Of a DNA stretch of 64,000 nt, positions 9,778 to 19,902 are shown in pieces. This DNA is from an uncultured Actinomycetes bacterium (GTDB taxonomy: Bacteria > Actinomycetota > Thermoleophilia > UBA2241). The stretch is from NCBI GenBank assembly GCA_963725665.1, contig CAVRZA010000008.1, forward strand, positions 1-64,000, written 5' to 3'. Each line of letters starts with the position of its first letter. The stretch's first letter is position 1. The notes below the pieces were generated by a model, which ran no database searches, was not told the origin of the DNA, and saw nothing but the letters and a program-made list of their open reading frames with translations. Made by a program: the position numbers and the translations under genes.

Positions 9778-10360
9778 TCAGTCGGGCCGCCATGTCGCCC
9801 GGCTGGCGGACGCTCGTGGAGCCCCGCTGGAACCGTCTGACGATGCCGGCACAGAACGCGTCGAGGTCCGCGGGCCGGCGACTGGAGACGATCTGACCGT
9901 CGTCGTGGAGCTCCTCGTCTACCCAGTGTCCGCCCGCGTTGCGCACGTCGGTCTTCACGCTGGGGTACGAGGTCAGCGTCCGTCCGCCCACGACGCCCGC
10001 CTCCACCAGCGTCCAGGCGCCGTGACAGATCACGCCCACGGGCTTGCCGGTCTCGACGAAGCTGCGCACGAAAGCGACCGCCTTGTCGTTCATGCGCAGC
10101 TTGTCTGGGTTGTTGACCCCTCCCGGAAGCAGCAGGAAGTCGTAGTCGCTCGACGCGACGCTATCGATCGTGCGGTCGACCGGGAAGGTCTCCGCCTGTT
10201 CGAGGTGGTCCATGGCCCTGATCTCACCGGGCGCCAGCGACACCAGCTCGACTGTGGCGCCCGCTGCGAGCAGGGCGTCTCGCGGTCTCGTCAACTCGAT
10301 CTGCTCAACGCCGTGCGTGGCCAGTACGGCCACGCGACGACCTCGCAACTCCTCGGCCAT
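9761..10360 (-). CDS. DJ-1/PfpI family protein (general-stress glyoxalase/deglycase type)
   Basis: GVEQIEL, LLPGGVNNPDKLR, ICHGAW nucleophile elbow. Confidence 0.9.
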   Translation of the reverse strand: MAEELRGRRVAVLATHGVEQIELTRPRDALLAAGATVELVSLAPGEIRAMDHLEQAETFPVDRTIDSVASSDYDFLLLPGGVNNPDKLRMNDKAVAFVRSFVETGKPVGVICHGAWTLVEAGVVGGRTLTSYPSVKTDVRNAGGHWVDEELHDDGQIVSSRRPADLDAFCAGIVRRFQRGSTSVRQPGDMAARLSDGRP

Positions 10361-10426
10361 CGCGTCCTCCCTTTCATCTTCGCCCTGTTCGCCCGCACTC
10401 TAGCGTCGGCGTCCCTTCCTTTTCGG

Positions 10427-10451
10427 GTACCCTCTAGCGCTGCCCGGCAAC
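10427..10451 (-). promoter_or_regulatory. Possible SigB/SigF-type stress promoter of the pfpI gene
   Basis: On the minus strand GTTG-N15-GGGTAC, resembling the GTTT-N15-17-GGGTA consensus; inference only. Confidence 0.35.
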
Positions 10452-10565
10452 CCGTTCGTCCCTCGAGCGTCTCTTTGCCAACGATTGACCTGCAAATAAG
10501 GAGTTTACGCGGTTTGCCGAAACGTGGGTGCGGGGACTTGAGTCGCGAGAGAGGAGGTGAGAAGA

Positions 10566-11198
10566 ATGGCTTCATCGGAACAGACCGAACGGGGATACAG
10601 GTACTTCTCCGAACCCCGCGCCGCCAAGTGGCTCTACGGCGGCACCCAGGCCGCCTGGATCTGGCTCGTCGTGCGGCTCTATCTGGGCTACGAGTGGATC
10701 AATGCCGGCTGGCCCAAATTGTTCGGGTCGGAGCACAGCGCATGGATCGGCAACGGGGCGGCCGTCAAGGGCTACCTGACGCTGGCCTCCACGAAGCTGA
10801 GTCAAGGGGACCACCCGGCCGTCGCCTACGGCTGGTACTCCTCCTTTCTCAACTGGGTCGTCAGCAGCGGCCTCTACCACGCCATCGGCTGGACGGTAGC
10901 CATCGGAGAGGTTGCGGTAGGCATCGCACTCATACTTGGCGCCTTCACCGGCATCGCGGCGTTCTTCGGCGTCGTCATGAACTTCAACTACATGTTCGCC
11001 GGGTCGGCCGGCGTCAACCCCCTGTTCGCCATCCTCGGTATCTTCCTCATTCTCGCCTGGCGCGTGGCCGGCTACTACGGCCTCGACCGCTGGCTTCTGC
11101 CCGCGCTGGGCACGCCGAGCGAACCCGGTTGGGTCTTTCGCAAAGGCTCGACCCCGCCCACGGACGAGGAGAGCCGACGCAGGATCGCGGCGGCTTAG
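10566..11198 (+). CDS. DoxX/DoxD-family membrane protein (thiosulfate:quinone oxidoreductase small-subunit-like)
   Basis: RLYLGYEWINAGWPK, GEVAVGIALILG, MNFNYMFAGSAGVNP, AGYYGLDRW; strong AGGAGGT SD. Confidence 0.85.
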   Translation: MASSEQTERGYRYFSEPRAAKWLYGGTQAAWIWLVVRLYLGYEWINAGWPKLFGSEHSAWIGNGAAVKGYLTLASTKLSQGDHPAVAYGWYSSFLNWVVSSGLYHAIGWTVAIGEVAVGIALILGAFTGIAAFFGVVMNFNYMFAGSAGVNPLFAILGIFLILAWRVAGYYGLDRWLLPALGTPSEPGWVFRKGSTPPTDEESRRRIAAA

Positions 11199-11229
11199 AC
11201 GTGAGGCGCGTGGGCTGACCAAGCCCTTC

Positions 11230-11263
11230 GACGCCGCGCCGCTCGCGGCGCGGCGTCTTCTTT
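11230..11263 (+). terminator. Intrinsic terminator
   Basis: GACGCCGCGCCG-ctcg-CGGCGCGGCGTC followed by TTCTTT. Confidence 0.7.
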
Positions 11264-11340
11264 GATGCAATACGACCGATCAGCGCGAACGGAATGCCTA
11301 GTGAGAGGCGCGGCGAAGGAAACGACCAGGGAGGGACGAG

Positions 11341-11688
11341 ATGCCGGTGGGCAACATCGAGGAGCTGACGCCACAGCCGGTCGCGGGTGAGGACGTGGCG
11401 GCCGTGGTCAAGCGCGTGCCACTCTCTCCGCGCGAAGGCTGGGACGGATACGTCATGCGCGTGTTCGACGTGGCGCCCGGCGGTCACACACCGAGGCACA
11501 CGCACGCGTGGCCGCACATCAACTACGTCATCGCCGGCAGGGGGAGCCTGCACATCAACGGCGTCGATCACGAGGTAGAGGCCGGCTCTTACGCGCTCGT
11601 ACCTGCCGGGGCGACGCACCAGTTCACCAACGCGGCGCAAGAGGTCTTCAGGTTCATCTGCATCGTGCCCGAGGAGGGGGAGGCATGA
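11341..11688 (+). CDS. Cupin-domain protein
   Basis: PGGHTPRHTHAWPHINYV...VPAGATHQF. Confidence 0.85.
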   Translation: MPVGNIEELTPQPVAGEDVAAVVKRVPLSPREGWDGYVMRVFDVAPGGHTPRHTHAWPHINYVIAGRGSLHINGVDHEVEAGSYALVPAGATHQFTNAAQEVFRFICIVPEEGEA

Positions 11689-12173
11689 ACACCTACCGCC
11701 ATCGCCAGATAGCATGGGTCACCGTCGTGGGCTTTGCGGCGACGCTCGCCACACAGAGTGGCGCCATGGCGCGGAACCTGCGCCGAGGACGGCGCCTGCG
11801 CGCGCTGGCGTCGCTGCCGTGGTCGCTCTCGCTTGTCGTCTCGATGGGGATGTTCTCGTGGCTCGACACCGAGGTCACGGGGGAGACGTTCGTGGCCTCG
11901 TTCGTCGCCGGCGCTCTGCGCCGCCGCATCCCGCTGGACGAGATCGAGTCGGCCGAGGTCGTGACCGTTCCGTGGTACCACGGCTGGGGAGCCAGGATGA
12001 CACCGCGAGGGTGGCTCTTCGGAGGTTCGCGAGGCTCGCTCTACAACGTCTGGGGCCGCCGTGCCGTCGCGCTGCGTCTGCGGGGAGGCAAGAGCTTCAC
12101 GGTCGGCAGCGATGAGCCCGAGGCTCTTCTTGCGGCGATCGAGGCCGCGCGAACGGCCTCGAGGGCTGCCTAG
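11685..12173 (+). CDS. Hypothetical membrane protein (2 TM plus PH-like domain)
   Basis: ATGA overlap with the cupin gene; IPLDEIESAEV, GWGARMT, LYNVWG, TVGSDEPE. Confidence 0.6.
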   Translation: MNTYRHRQIAWVTVVGFAATLATQSGAMARNLRRGRRLRALASLPWSLSLVVSMGMFSWLDTEVTGETFVASFVAGALRRRIPLDEIESAEVVTVPWYHGWGARMTPRGWLFGGSRGSLYNVWGRRAVALRLRGGKSFTVGSDEPEALLAAIEAARTASRAA

Positions 12174-12391
12174 CGAGACACGCAACGCCTGCGAGCAGCG
12201 CCGGCGGTCCGACGCTCGTCATGGTGCACAGGTCAGGACGTGCCGTCAGCGGAAAACGGGCATAAGGGGTCAGGTGCGTACGAAGGCGAGAGGGAGTCCG
12301 TTGCGATGACGATGAGCGACAGCGCGAGATCGATCCGGTGGGGCAGCTTCGAGCGGGGTGTGGGCGAGCACGCGGGGATGGGAGAGGCGGC

Positions 12392-14086
12392 GTGAGCGCG
12401 CAACGGGAGCACACGGTACTGAGCCTGGGGGGGCACGACGAGCGTGTGCGCACGCGCCTGCGCATTTTCCAGGACGAAGGGTTCGCGCGTCGCTTGTGGG
12501 AGAAGGACCCGTCGGTGTGGAAGGACGACGCCGGGCACAGGCGCATCATCTCCGACGCCCTGGGCTGGCTCGACCTGCCGTCGAGCATGGCTCCCCGCGT
12601 CGACGGTCTGAGCACTCTCGTGAAGGATTGCGCGGTCGCCGGCTACACCGATGCCGTCCTGCTCGGCATGGGCGGCTCGAGCCTCGCACCCGAGGTCATG
12701 CGTAAGACCTTCGGCGTCGCCGAAGGCGCGCTTGACCTGCAGGTCCTCGATTCCACCGACCCCGCCGCCGTCTTGGCCGTCGACCGCAGCCTCGACCTGA
12801 CGCAGACGGTCTTCCTGGTCTCGAGCAAGTCGGGCACGACCACGGAGACGGCGAGCTTCGCCGCCTATTTCTGTGACCGTGCGCGGCGCATTGAGGGCCG
12901 CGGCTGCGGCCGTCACGTGGTCGCCATCACCGACGCCGGCACCCCCCTCGCCGAACAGGCGGAGCGCGAGTCGTTCCGCGCTCTCTTCGTCAACCCGGGC
13001 GACGTGGGCGGGCGCTACTCGGCCCTCTCCTACTTCGGTCTCGTTCCGGCGGCGCTGATCGGCGTCGACCTGCGCGGCCTGCTTGAGAGCGCGCGGCGCA
13101 TGGCCCAGGCTTGCGGACCCGAGGTCGCCGCCGAGGAGAACGAGGCGCTCATCCTCGGGGCCGCCCTCGGCGAGCTGGCGCTGGCGGGAAGGGACAAGCT
13201 CACCCTCGTCGCCTCACCGCCCGTCGAGTCGTTCGGGGCCTGGATCGAGCAGCTCGTCGCCGAGAGTCTGGGCAAGGAGGGCAGGGGCATCCTGCCGGTC
13301 GACCTCGAGCCGCTCGGCGAACCCGCTGCATACGCCGAGGACCGCGTCTTCGTGCGTGTGGGCATGCGCGGCCGCGAGGCGTCGCAACAGGAGCGCCTAC
13401 TGGCGGAGCTCGAGGAGGCGGGGCACCCGGTGATCTCGCTCACCATGGACGACCCGCTCGAGCTGGGCGGTGAGTTCCTGCGCTGGGAGATCGCCGTCGC
13501 CGCGGCCGGCGCCGTATTGGGCGTCGATCCCTTCGACCAGCCCAACGTGCAGGAGAGCAAGGACAACACGCGCGCCGTGCTGCGCCAGTTCCGGCGCGGC
13601 GGGGAGCTCCCCGAGTCGCAGGCCGGTGACGACGAGGCCTCCTTCTACGCCGGTCAGGCCGGGCTGCCCGCCGCCCTGAAGGGTTTCTTGGGCGGCGTGC
13701 AGCCCGGCGACTACGTGGCCATCCAAGCGTACCTGCCGCCGGCGCCCCAGACGTGGCGCGCGCTGCAGGAGATACGCGGCACGGTGCGCGACCAGACGCG
13801 GGCGGCGACGACGCTGGGCTACGGCCCGCGCTTCCTGCATTCGACGGGGCAGTACCACAAGGGCGGCCCCGGTACGGGGCTGTTCTTGCAGCTCACCTGC
13901 GAAGACAGCACGGACGTCGTCATCCCCGGCGAGCCGTACACCTTCGGTGTGTTGAAGCGAGCGCAGGCGCTGGGCGACTTGCAGGCACTGCGCGACCACG
14001 GGCGGCGGGTCTTCCACGTCAGTCTGGGCGAGGACGTCGCCGCGGGCCTGGCACGCCTGCGCGACGCCGTGACGCTGGCGCCGTGA
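12392..14086 (+). CDS. pgi: Glucose-6-phosphate isomerase (type seen as the C-terminal half of Tal-Pgi fusions)
   Basis: LGMGGSSL, SSKSGTTTET, VGGRYSALS, EQLVAESLGKEG, DPFDQPNVQESK. Confidence 0.85.
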   Translation: MSAQREHTVLSLGGHDERVRTRLRIFQDEGFARRLWEKDPSVWKDDAGHRRIISDALGWLDLPSSMAPRVDGLSTLVKDCAVAGYTDAVLLGMGGSSLAPEVMRKTFGVAEGALDLQVLDSTDPAAVLAVDRSLDLTQTVFLVSSKSGTTTETASFAAYFCDRARRIEGRGCGRHVVAITDAGTPLAEQAERESFRALFVNPGDVGGRYSALSYFGLVPAALIGVDLRGLLESARRMAQACGPEVAAEENEALILGAALGELALAGRDKLTLVASPPVESFGAWIEQLVAESLGKEGRGILPVDLEPLGEPAAYAEDRVFVRVGMRGREASQQERLLAELEEAGHPVISLTMDDPLELGGEFLRWEIAVAAAGAVLGVDPFDQPNVQESKDNTRAVLRQFRRGGELPESQAGDDEASFYAGQAGLPAALKGFLGGVQPGDYVAIQAYLPPAPQTWRALQEIRGTVRDQTRAATTLGYGPRFLHSTGQYHKGGPGTGLFLQLTCEDSTDVVIPGEPYTFGVLKRAQALGDLQALRDHGRRVFHVSLGEDVAAGLARLRDAVTLAP

Positions 14087-14141
14087 GAGTACGGGCTGCG
14101 AGCGAGAGGAGAGGAGAGCGATGCGCGGCGATGGGCGCGGC

Positions 14142-15752
14142 ATGACCTCGATCGGGTACGAAGAGAGGGAGGAGGCAGAGCTCCTGCCGGCCACCGCGGT
14201 CGGCGGGCTGCCGCTCGAGTCGCCTCTCGGCGTCGAGCGCCGCCCCGACCCCTGTGCGGTCGTCATCTTCGGCGCCACCGGCGATCTAACCGAGCGCAAG
14301 CTCATTCCGGCCCTCTACGACCTGTTCTGCCACGGCGTCATCCCCAAGGAGTTCGCCATCGTGGGCTTCGGACGCCGCGACTGGAGCGACGAGAAGTTCC
14401 GCGAGACGCTCGCCGCCGCCGTCGACGAGTTCTACGGAGCCGGCACGGCGGTCGGCAGCGAGTGCGGGGAGATCCTGCGCCAGGCGCGCTACTGCCACGG
14501 CGAGTTCGACCAGCCCGAGGGGTACCGCGCGCTCGCCGGGGTGCTCGACGAGCTCGACAAGACGCGCGGTACACGCGGCAACCGCATCTTCTACCTGGCG
14601 ACGCCGCCGAGCCTCTTCCCGGTGGTCATCAAGCAACTCGGCGTCACCGGCCTCGCCCGTCGCCTGCCGGGGGACGGGGCGCGTCACGAGGGCTGGCAGC
14701 GGCTCATCGTCGAGAAGCCGTTCGGCAACGATCTCGAGAGCGCACGCGAGCTCAACAGCGCTGTCCTTGGAGTCTTCGACGAGAGCCAGGTGTACCGCAT
14801 CGACCACTATCTCGCCAAGGAGACGGTGCAGAACATCCTCGTCCTGCGCTACGCTAACGGCATCTTCGAGCCGATCTGGAACCGGCGTTACGTGGACCAC
14901 GTGCAGATCACGGCGGCCGAGACGCTGGGCGTCGAGCACCGCGGCGCCTACTACGAGGAAGCTGGGGCTCTGCGCGACATGATCCAGAACCACCTCCTGC
15001 AGCTCCTGACGCTGACGGCCATGGAGCCCCCGGTCGCCTTCAGCTCCGATGTCGTGCGCGACGAGAAAGTGAAGGTGCTGCGCGCCATGCGGCCGATCCC
15101 CGAGAGTCAGGTCGACCTCTACGCCGTGCGCGGCCAGTACGTGCAGGGCGCCGTCGACGGGCAGCCGGTGGCCGGCTACCGGCAGGAGGAGCGCGTGTCG
15201 CCCACCTCGGGCACCGAGACCTTCGCCGCCGTGAAGTTCCTCATCGACAACTGGCGCTGGCAGGGCGTGCCCTTCTACCTGCGCACGGGCAAGCGGCTGC
15301 CTCACCGCGTCACCGAGATAGCGGTGCAGTTCAAACGACCGCCATACCTGCTCTTTCGCGAGACGTCGCTGCCCGGCGACCGTGTGCCGCCGAACGAGCT
15401 CGTCCTGCGCATGCAGCCCGACGAGGGCATCTCCCTGCGTTTCGAGGCCAAGCAGCCGGGACAAGCGATCCGGCTACAGCCCGTGGAGATGGAGTTCAAG
15501 TACGGCAGCACGTTGAATGAGCTGCCTTTCAGCGCCTACGAGACGCTGCTGCTCGACTGCATGGAGGGCGACTCGACGCTCTTCAATCGCGCCGACCACG
15601 TCGAGGAGGCCTGGCGCGTGGTGGCGCCGATACTGAGCGCCTGGAAGACGGTGCCCCGCCGCGGGGTGATGGTCTACGAGGCCGGCAGCTGGGGCCCCGA
15701 GGCCGCCGACACCCTGCTGGCGCACGACGGCCGCGCCTGGCGACGACCGTAG
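14142..15752 (+). CDS. zwf: Glucose-6-phosphate 1-dehydrogenase
   Basis: GATGDL, EKPFG, RIDHYLAKE, DMIQNHLLQ, RTGKRL. Confidence 0.95.
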   Translation: MTSIGYEEREEAELLPATAVGGLPLESPLGVERRPDPCAVVIFGATGDLTERKLIPALYDLFCHGVIPKEFAIVGFGRRDWSDEKFRETLAAAVDEFYGAGTAVGSECGEILRQARYCHGEFDQPEGYRALAGVLDELDKTRGTRGNRIFYLATPPSLFPVVIKQLGVTGLARRLPGDGARHEGWQRLIVEKPFGNDLESARELNSAVLGVFDESQVYRIDHYLAKETVQNILVLRYANGIFEPIWNRRYVDHVQITAAETLGVEHRGAYYEEAGALRDMIQNHLLQLLTLTAMEPPVAFSSDVVRDEKVKVLRAMRPIPESQVDLYAVRGQYVQGAVDGQPVAGYRQEERVSPTSGTETFAAVKFLIDNWRWQGVPFYLRTGKRLPHRVTEIAVQFKRPPYLLFRETSLPGDRVPPNELVLRMQPDEGISLRFEAKQPGQAIRLQPVEMEFKYGSTLNELPFSAYETLLLDCMEGDSTLFNRADHVEEAWRVVAPILSAWKTVPRRGVMVYEAGSWGPEAADTLLAHDGRAWRRP

Positions 15753-15766
15753 GGGTATACTGAGAG

Positions 15767-16147
15767 GGCAAGCCAGGTGGCCGCGGCGGGGCTGCGTCGC
15801 GACGCTTTCTCGGAGCTCATGAGGCTCCCCGTCGAGGAAAGTCCGGACACCGCAGAGCAGGGCGCTGGATAACGTCCAGCCGGGGAAACCCGAGGGAAAG
15901 CGCAACAGAGAGCAGACCGCCAGCGGCCTCTTCGGAGGTGCGGGCAAGGGTGAAACGGTGAGGTAAGAGCTCACCAGCGGTCCTGGTGACAGGCCGGCTC
16001 GGCAAGCCCCGCCCGGTGCAAGGCCAAATAGGGAAGCGTTCGAGGGTTGCTCGCCCGAGGCTTCCGGGTTTCGGCCGCATGAGCCGTCCAGCAATGGACG
16101 GCCCAGATGGATGGCCACCCACGACAGGATCCGGCTTACGGCTTGCT
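15767..16147 (+). ncRNA. rnpB: RNase P RNA, bacterial type A
   Basis: GAGGAAAGTCCGG, GGAAAGCGCAACAGAGAGCAGACCGCC, GGGTGAAACGGTGAGGTAAGAGCTCACC, ACAGGATCCGGCTTA; P1 pairing GGCAAGCC/GGCTTGCT; TATACT just upstream. Confidence 0.95.
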
Positions 16148-16150
16148 ACT

Positions 16151-16187
16151 GAGAAGCCCCGCCGCTCAGCTGACGGCGGGGCTTCTC
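16151..16187. terminator. Hairpin after rnpB, probably serving the convergent gene too
   Basis: GAGAAGCCCCGCCG...CGGCGGGGCTTCTC. Confidence 0.65.
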
Positions 16188-16294
16188 TACGTCCGGCGGC
16201 GCAGCGCCGCGACGATGCAAAAGGCTGCAGGGATGGCCTCCAGCTTGAAACTGGCGCCACACCACGAGGGCGGCTTCTTCCTCGAGACGATTCC

Positions 16295-17692
16295 TCAGAA
16301 CTGGAAGTATAGGAACGGGCTCGGCTGGGCGATCGTCAGGATCGCTGCGCCGAGCACCAATCCGAAAGCCAGCGCCCAGCTGAGCCGCGGTCGCATGTCG
16401 ACCTCCCAGCTGTTCGGGGCGACGTTCACCCAGAGAAGGCCGGCGGCGACCATCGCGAGCAGTGCCAGCGGAACTCGGGCGGAGGCATCTATGGGGCTCA
16501 GCCCGTGCCCGCCGGCCATCGCCGAGAGCACGTCCGCTGCCACTCCTAGCGTCGGCGCCCGGAAGAACACCCACGCGACGACCACAGCGACGAAGGTGAT
16601 GATGCGGTTCAGCCACGTCCACGAGGGTGTCAGGCCGCCGCGACGCGCGAGCGCGTGGACCACCAGATAGGCGCCGTGCAGGAGCCCCCACACGACGAAC
16701 GTCCACGCGGCGCCGTGCCACAGACCGACGAGGAGCCACACGATCAACAGGTTGCGGAATGTCGTCGACAGTCCGCGGTGCGAGCCGCCGAGGGGGATGA
16801 AGACGTAGTCGCGGAACCAAAACGACAGCGACATGTGCCAGCGCCGCCAGAACTCCGAGATGTTGGCCGACTTGTAGGGCGAGTCGAAGTTCTGCGGGAA
16901 GCGGAAGCCCAGGAGGAAGGCCAGTCCCACGGCCATGTCCGAGTAGCCCGAGAAGTCGAAGTAGAGCTGCAGCGAGTAGCCGACCGCGGCGGCCCAGGCT
17001 CCGCCGAGCCCGAGTGCCTGGTGGGCTACCCAGAGGTCATTCACGTAGGGTGCCACGACATCGGCGAACAGCAGCTTCTTGCACATGCCCATGGCGAAGA
17101 AGGCAAGCCCCGTCCCCGCTAGGCCGGCCGTCAGTCGCGGCTCGAGCCGGCGCAGCTGGCCATCGATGTCGGCGTAGCGGACGATCGGGCCGGCGATCAG
17201 ATGCGGGAACATCGAGACGAAGGCCATGTAGTGGACGTAGTTCTTCGCAGGCTCGACCCTCCGCTTGTAGATGTCGATCGCGTACGACATCGCGTTGAAC
17301 GTGTAGAACGAGATGCCGATCGGCAGGACGAAGCTGAGCACCGGCAGTGGATGGCCCGCATCGAGGAGCGCCGCGATCCCGTTGAGCTGATCGAGGAAGA
17401 AGTGCGCGTACTTGAAGTACCCGAGCAGCGAGAGGTTCATCGCGAGCGCAAGGACGAGGGCGAGTGCTCGCACTCCGCGCCCGCGTGCGCGCACGATGAT
17501 CTCGCCGGCGATCCAGTCGGCGGAGGTCGAGAGGAAGAGAACGGGCAGGAAGCGCCAATCCCAGTACGCGTAGAAGACGCACGAGGCGAACGTCAGGAAG
17601 GCCAGCCGCCAGGTCCCGGGCCGGATAAGCCAGTAGACGAGTAGCGTGACGGGGAGGAACGCGAGCAGGAAGACGTAGCTGTTGAACAGCAT
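16295..17692 (-). CDS. MBOAT O-acyltransferase (AlgI/PatA/DltB family)
   Basis: MLFNSYVF, LPIGISFYTF, FPHLIAGPI, YFDFSGYSDMA, FWRRWHMSLS, GLWHGA, C-terminal FLYFQF. Confidence 0.92.
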   Translation of the reverse strand: MLFNSYVFLLAFLPVTLLVYWLIRPGTWRLAFLTFASCVFYAYWDWRFLPVLFLSTSADWIAGEIIVRARGRGVRALALVLALAMNLSLLGYFKYAHFFLDQLNGIAALLDAGHPLPVLSFVLPIGISFYTFNAMSYAIDIYKRRVEPAKNYVHYMAFVSMFPHLIAGPIVRYADIDGQLRRLEPRLTAGLAGTGLAFFAMGMCKKLLFADVVAPYVNDLWVAHQALGLGGAWAAAVGYSLQLYFDFSGYSDMAVGLAFLLGFRFPQNFDSPYKSANISEFWRRWHMSLSFWFRDYVFIPLGGSHRGLSTTFRNLLIVWLLVGLWHGAAWTFVVWGLLHGAYLVVHALARRGGLTPSWTWLNRIITFVAVVVAWVFFRAPTLGVAADVLSAMAGGHGLSPIDASARVPLALLAMVAAGLLWVNVAPNSWEVDMRPRLSWALAFGLVLGAAILTIAQPSPFLYFQF

Positions 17693-17702
17693 CCCGCGGC
17701 TT

Positions 17703-18917
17703 CTACCTCTTTACACGCCGGCCCATCACGGCGGTCCCGCCGAGTGCGGACGCCGCGTCCCGGTTGGTGAAGACCGCCCGCAGGAGGCGGCGGCAGTTGC
17801 GGACCTTCATGTGGACACCGTCGTAGAAGAGCAGCGGCGAGCCGCCGAACGAACTGATCTCGCTCATGTCGATGAGCACGAACCAGTAACGTGGCCGCAG
17901 GCTGGAGAGATAGGCGAGCACTTCCTTGTGGCGGCGGTTCCAACCCAGCGGGCGCAGGCTCGCAAGGAGCTGCGGATGCACGGGGCTGAGGACGAGCACC
18001 GGCGTGCTGCCCCAGCTGTTCATCAGCGCCAACGTGCGCTCGAACCACGTCTTCTGCACCGCGGCCAGTCCACGGAATTGGCTGCGGTAGCGCTTCGTGT
18101 AGATCGCCCGCGAGGCGGAGATGCCCTTGCTCAGCGGTTGTCCCCTCGCGGCGAGCATGTCGTGGAAGTCGAAGGAGCGGAAGCCGTCTGGGAGGAACTT
18201 GATCTTCGAGGCGGGCCGCCTCGATGCCTGCACGGTGCTCGGCTCCTGTTCACTCTGCGCCAGCTCGGGTTGTTCCTGCCGGTGACGCCACGTTCGCCAC
18301 GACGTGGCCAGGGTGCGCCAGGAGAGGAGCCAGCTGAGATCTGTGATGCGGGCCTTCACACGCTCGGCATTGGACAGATATCGGGAGAGACTCGGGGTGC
18401 TCACGACGCCGGGGTTGATGGGGTCGGGCGCGAACGCTTCCTGGTCGACGACCCAGAGATAGTCCTGGGGGGTCCCAGGGAAGCGGTCGTGGAGCAGCCT
18501 GGTGAACACGTAGGCGTCGACAGGCTTGCCGCCCGACACGGCCGCGTTGAACGCTGGTCTTCCGCTGAGACGCGTCACGTAGCGCGGCTCCATCTTCATG
18601 GCGCGCGACGAGCCGAGGATGATCGTCTCAGGGGGAACCGACAGTCTGTCGATCAGTTCCACCTTGACCTTGCGATCGCTCCAGACGGCGGGTTTTACCG
18701 TGCGCGCGCTGACGATCGCGTAGGGGTCGATCAAGGCGTTGAACGCGGCGACGACGGCCACAAGGAGCACGCAGGCGACGAGCAGCACGGCGATGTACCG
18801 GCGCTGGGCGGGACCGCTGCCGGGCCTCATCTCCGGGGGAGCGTGCACGCCACGCGTCGCCGTGAGGATGCCCTCGTGGGCTTCGCCAGTGGTCTCCGAG
18901 GGTGCCGCAGGACTCAC
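17703..18917 (-). CDS. Membrane-anchored SGNH/DltD-like partner of the MBOAT
   Basis: N-terminal TM then FNALIDPY, ILGSSR (catalytic Ser block), C-terminal FYDGVH (DxxH); start uncertain. Confidence 0.65.
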   Translation of the reverse strand: MSPAAPSETTGEAHEGILTATRGVHAPPEMRPGSGPAQRRYIAVLLVACVLLVAVVAAFNALIDPYAIVSARTVKPAVWSDRKVKVELIDRLSVPPETIILGSSRAMKMEPRYVTRLSGRPAFNAAVSGGKPVDAYVFTRLLHDRFPGTPQDYLWVVDQEAFAPDPINPGVVSTPSLSRYLSNAERVKARITDLSWLLSWRTLATSWRTWRHRQEQPELAQSEQEPSTVQASRRPASKIKFLPDGFRSFDFHDMLAARGQPLSKGISASRAIYTKRYRSQFRGLAAVQKTWFERTLALMNSWGSTPVLVLSPVHPQLLASLRPLGWNRRHKEVLAYLSSLRPRYWFVLIDMSEISSFGGSPLLFYDGVHMKVRNCRRLLRAVFTNRDAASALGGTAVMGRRVKR

Positions 18918-19483
18918 GGGAATCTACCCCGTCACGCCCGTGTGTGGCGCCATACAGAGGCCGGAGCGTCGCCTGAGAGGATCATGCGGGGATGCCGGCG
19001 GTCACGTGTGGTCCGACGCGAACGACTGCCATCGCTCTCCTGGTGGGGCGACTCGCGGGGGCGGAACCCCCGGGTCGAAGTCCCTGTTTGACCGACTATA
19101 GACGGAATCGCGGGTTTTCGCTGCCAGGGAGTACTGTCAGGTCGGCGTGTTAGGCTGCCCGGCAGCATGGCCGAGAGGGTCCGACAACATCGCTTCGCCC
19201 TCGGTCTTCGAGCGACCGCAGTTCGCGCAAGCCTCGGCGCGGACATCGCCGTCCTTTGTGAGGCGCGCGTCGCGTCGGGAGCGCCTTGGGCCAAGCGGTC
19301 GCTTTCGCGGGCGGCTCGTTCGGCGCGAGGCGTACATTGGGCACCGCGAGAGGCTGGCCGCGGCGCGCGCGGGGTAGCCGACCCGGCGTTGCGAACCGCC
19401 TGCTGGGGGAAGTAGTGGCACGAGGGTGCCCGCCACGAGCGCCGTGCGGATACCGGGACACAACCGTCAGGCAGGTGCAAACG

Positions 19484-19855
19484 ATGCCGAGCAGGTCGAC
19501 CGCCAACTCCATCGACGAGTACATCGCGGAATTCCCCCATGAGACTCAGAAGGTGCTGCAAGAGGTGCGCGCGCTCATCAGGACATCGGCGCCCGAGGCG
19601 ACAGAGACGATCAGCTACGCGATCCCTACGTTCGATCTCAACGGCAGACATCTGGTGCACTTCGCAGGGTACGAGAAGCACATCGGGTTCTATCCGACGT
19701 CGAGCGGGATTGCGGCGTTCAAGGAAGAACTCAAGCCCTACAAGAGCGCGAAGGGCTCGCTGCAGTTCCCCCTCGGCCAGCCCATGCCCGCGGACTTGAT
19801 CCGCCGGATCGTCGGGTTCAGGGTCGCAGAGGCCACCGGCAAGGCCTCGAAGTAG
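19484..19855 (+). CDS. DUF1801/YdhG-like protein
   Basis: SIDEYIA, APEATETISYAIPTF, HIGFYP, KGSLQFP. Confidence 0.85.
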   Translation: MPSRSTANSIDEYIAEFPHETQKVLQEVRALIRTSAPEATETISYAIPTFDLNGRHLVHFAGYEKHIGFYPTSSGIAAFKEELKPYKSAKGSLQFPLGQPMPADLIRRIVGFRVAEATGKASK

Positions 19856-19902
19856 GGGCCGCGGGCCGGCGGGGCTTGGCGAAGTGAGAACGAGGGCGTT
19901 CG

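Noticed and set aside
18920-19480. Long intergenic region with several hairpins as a riboswitch or sRNA
   Set aside because: No family motif recognised; the stems are explainable by GC content and divergent promoters
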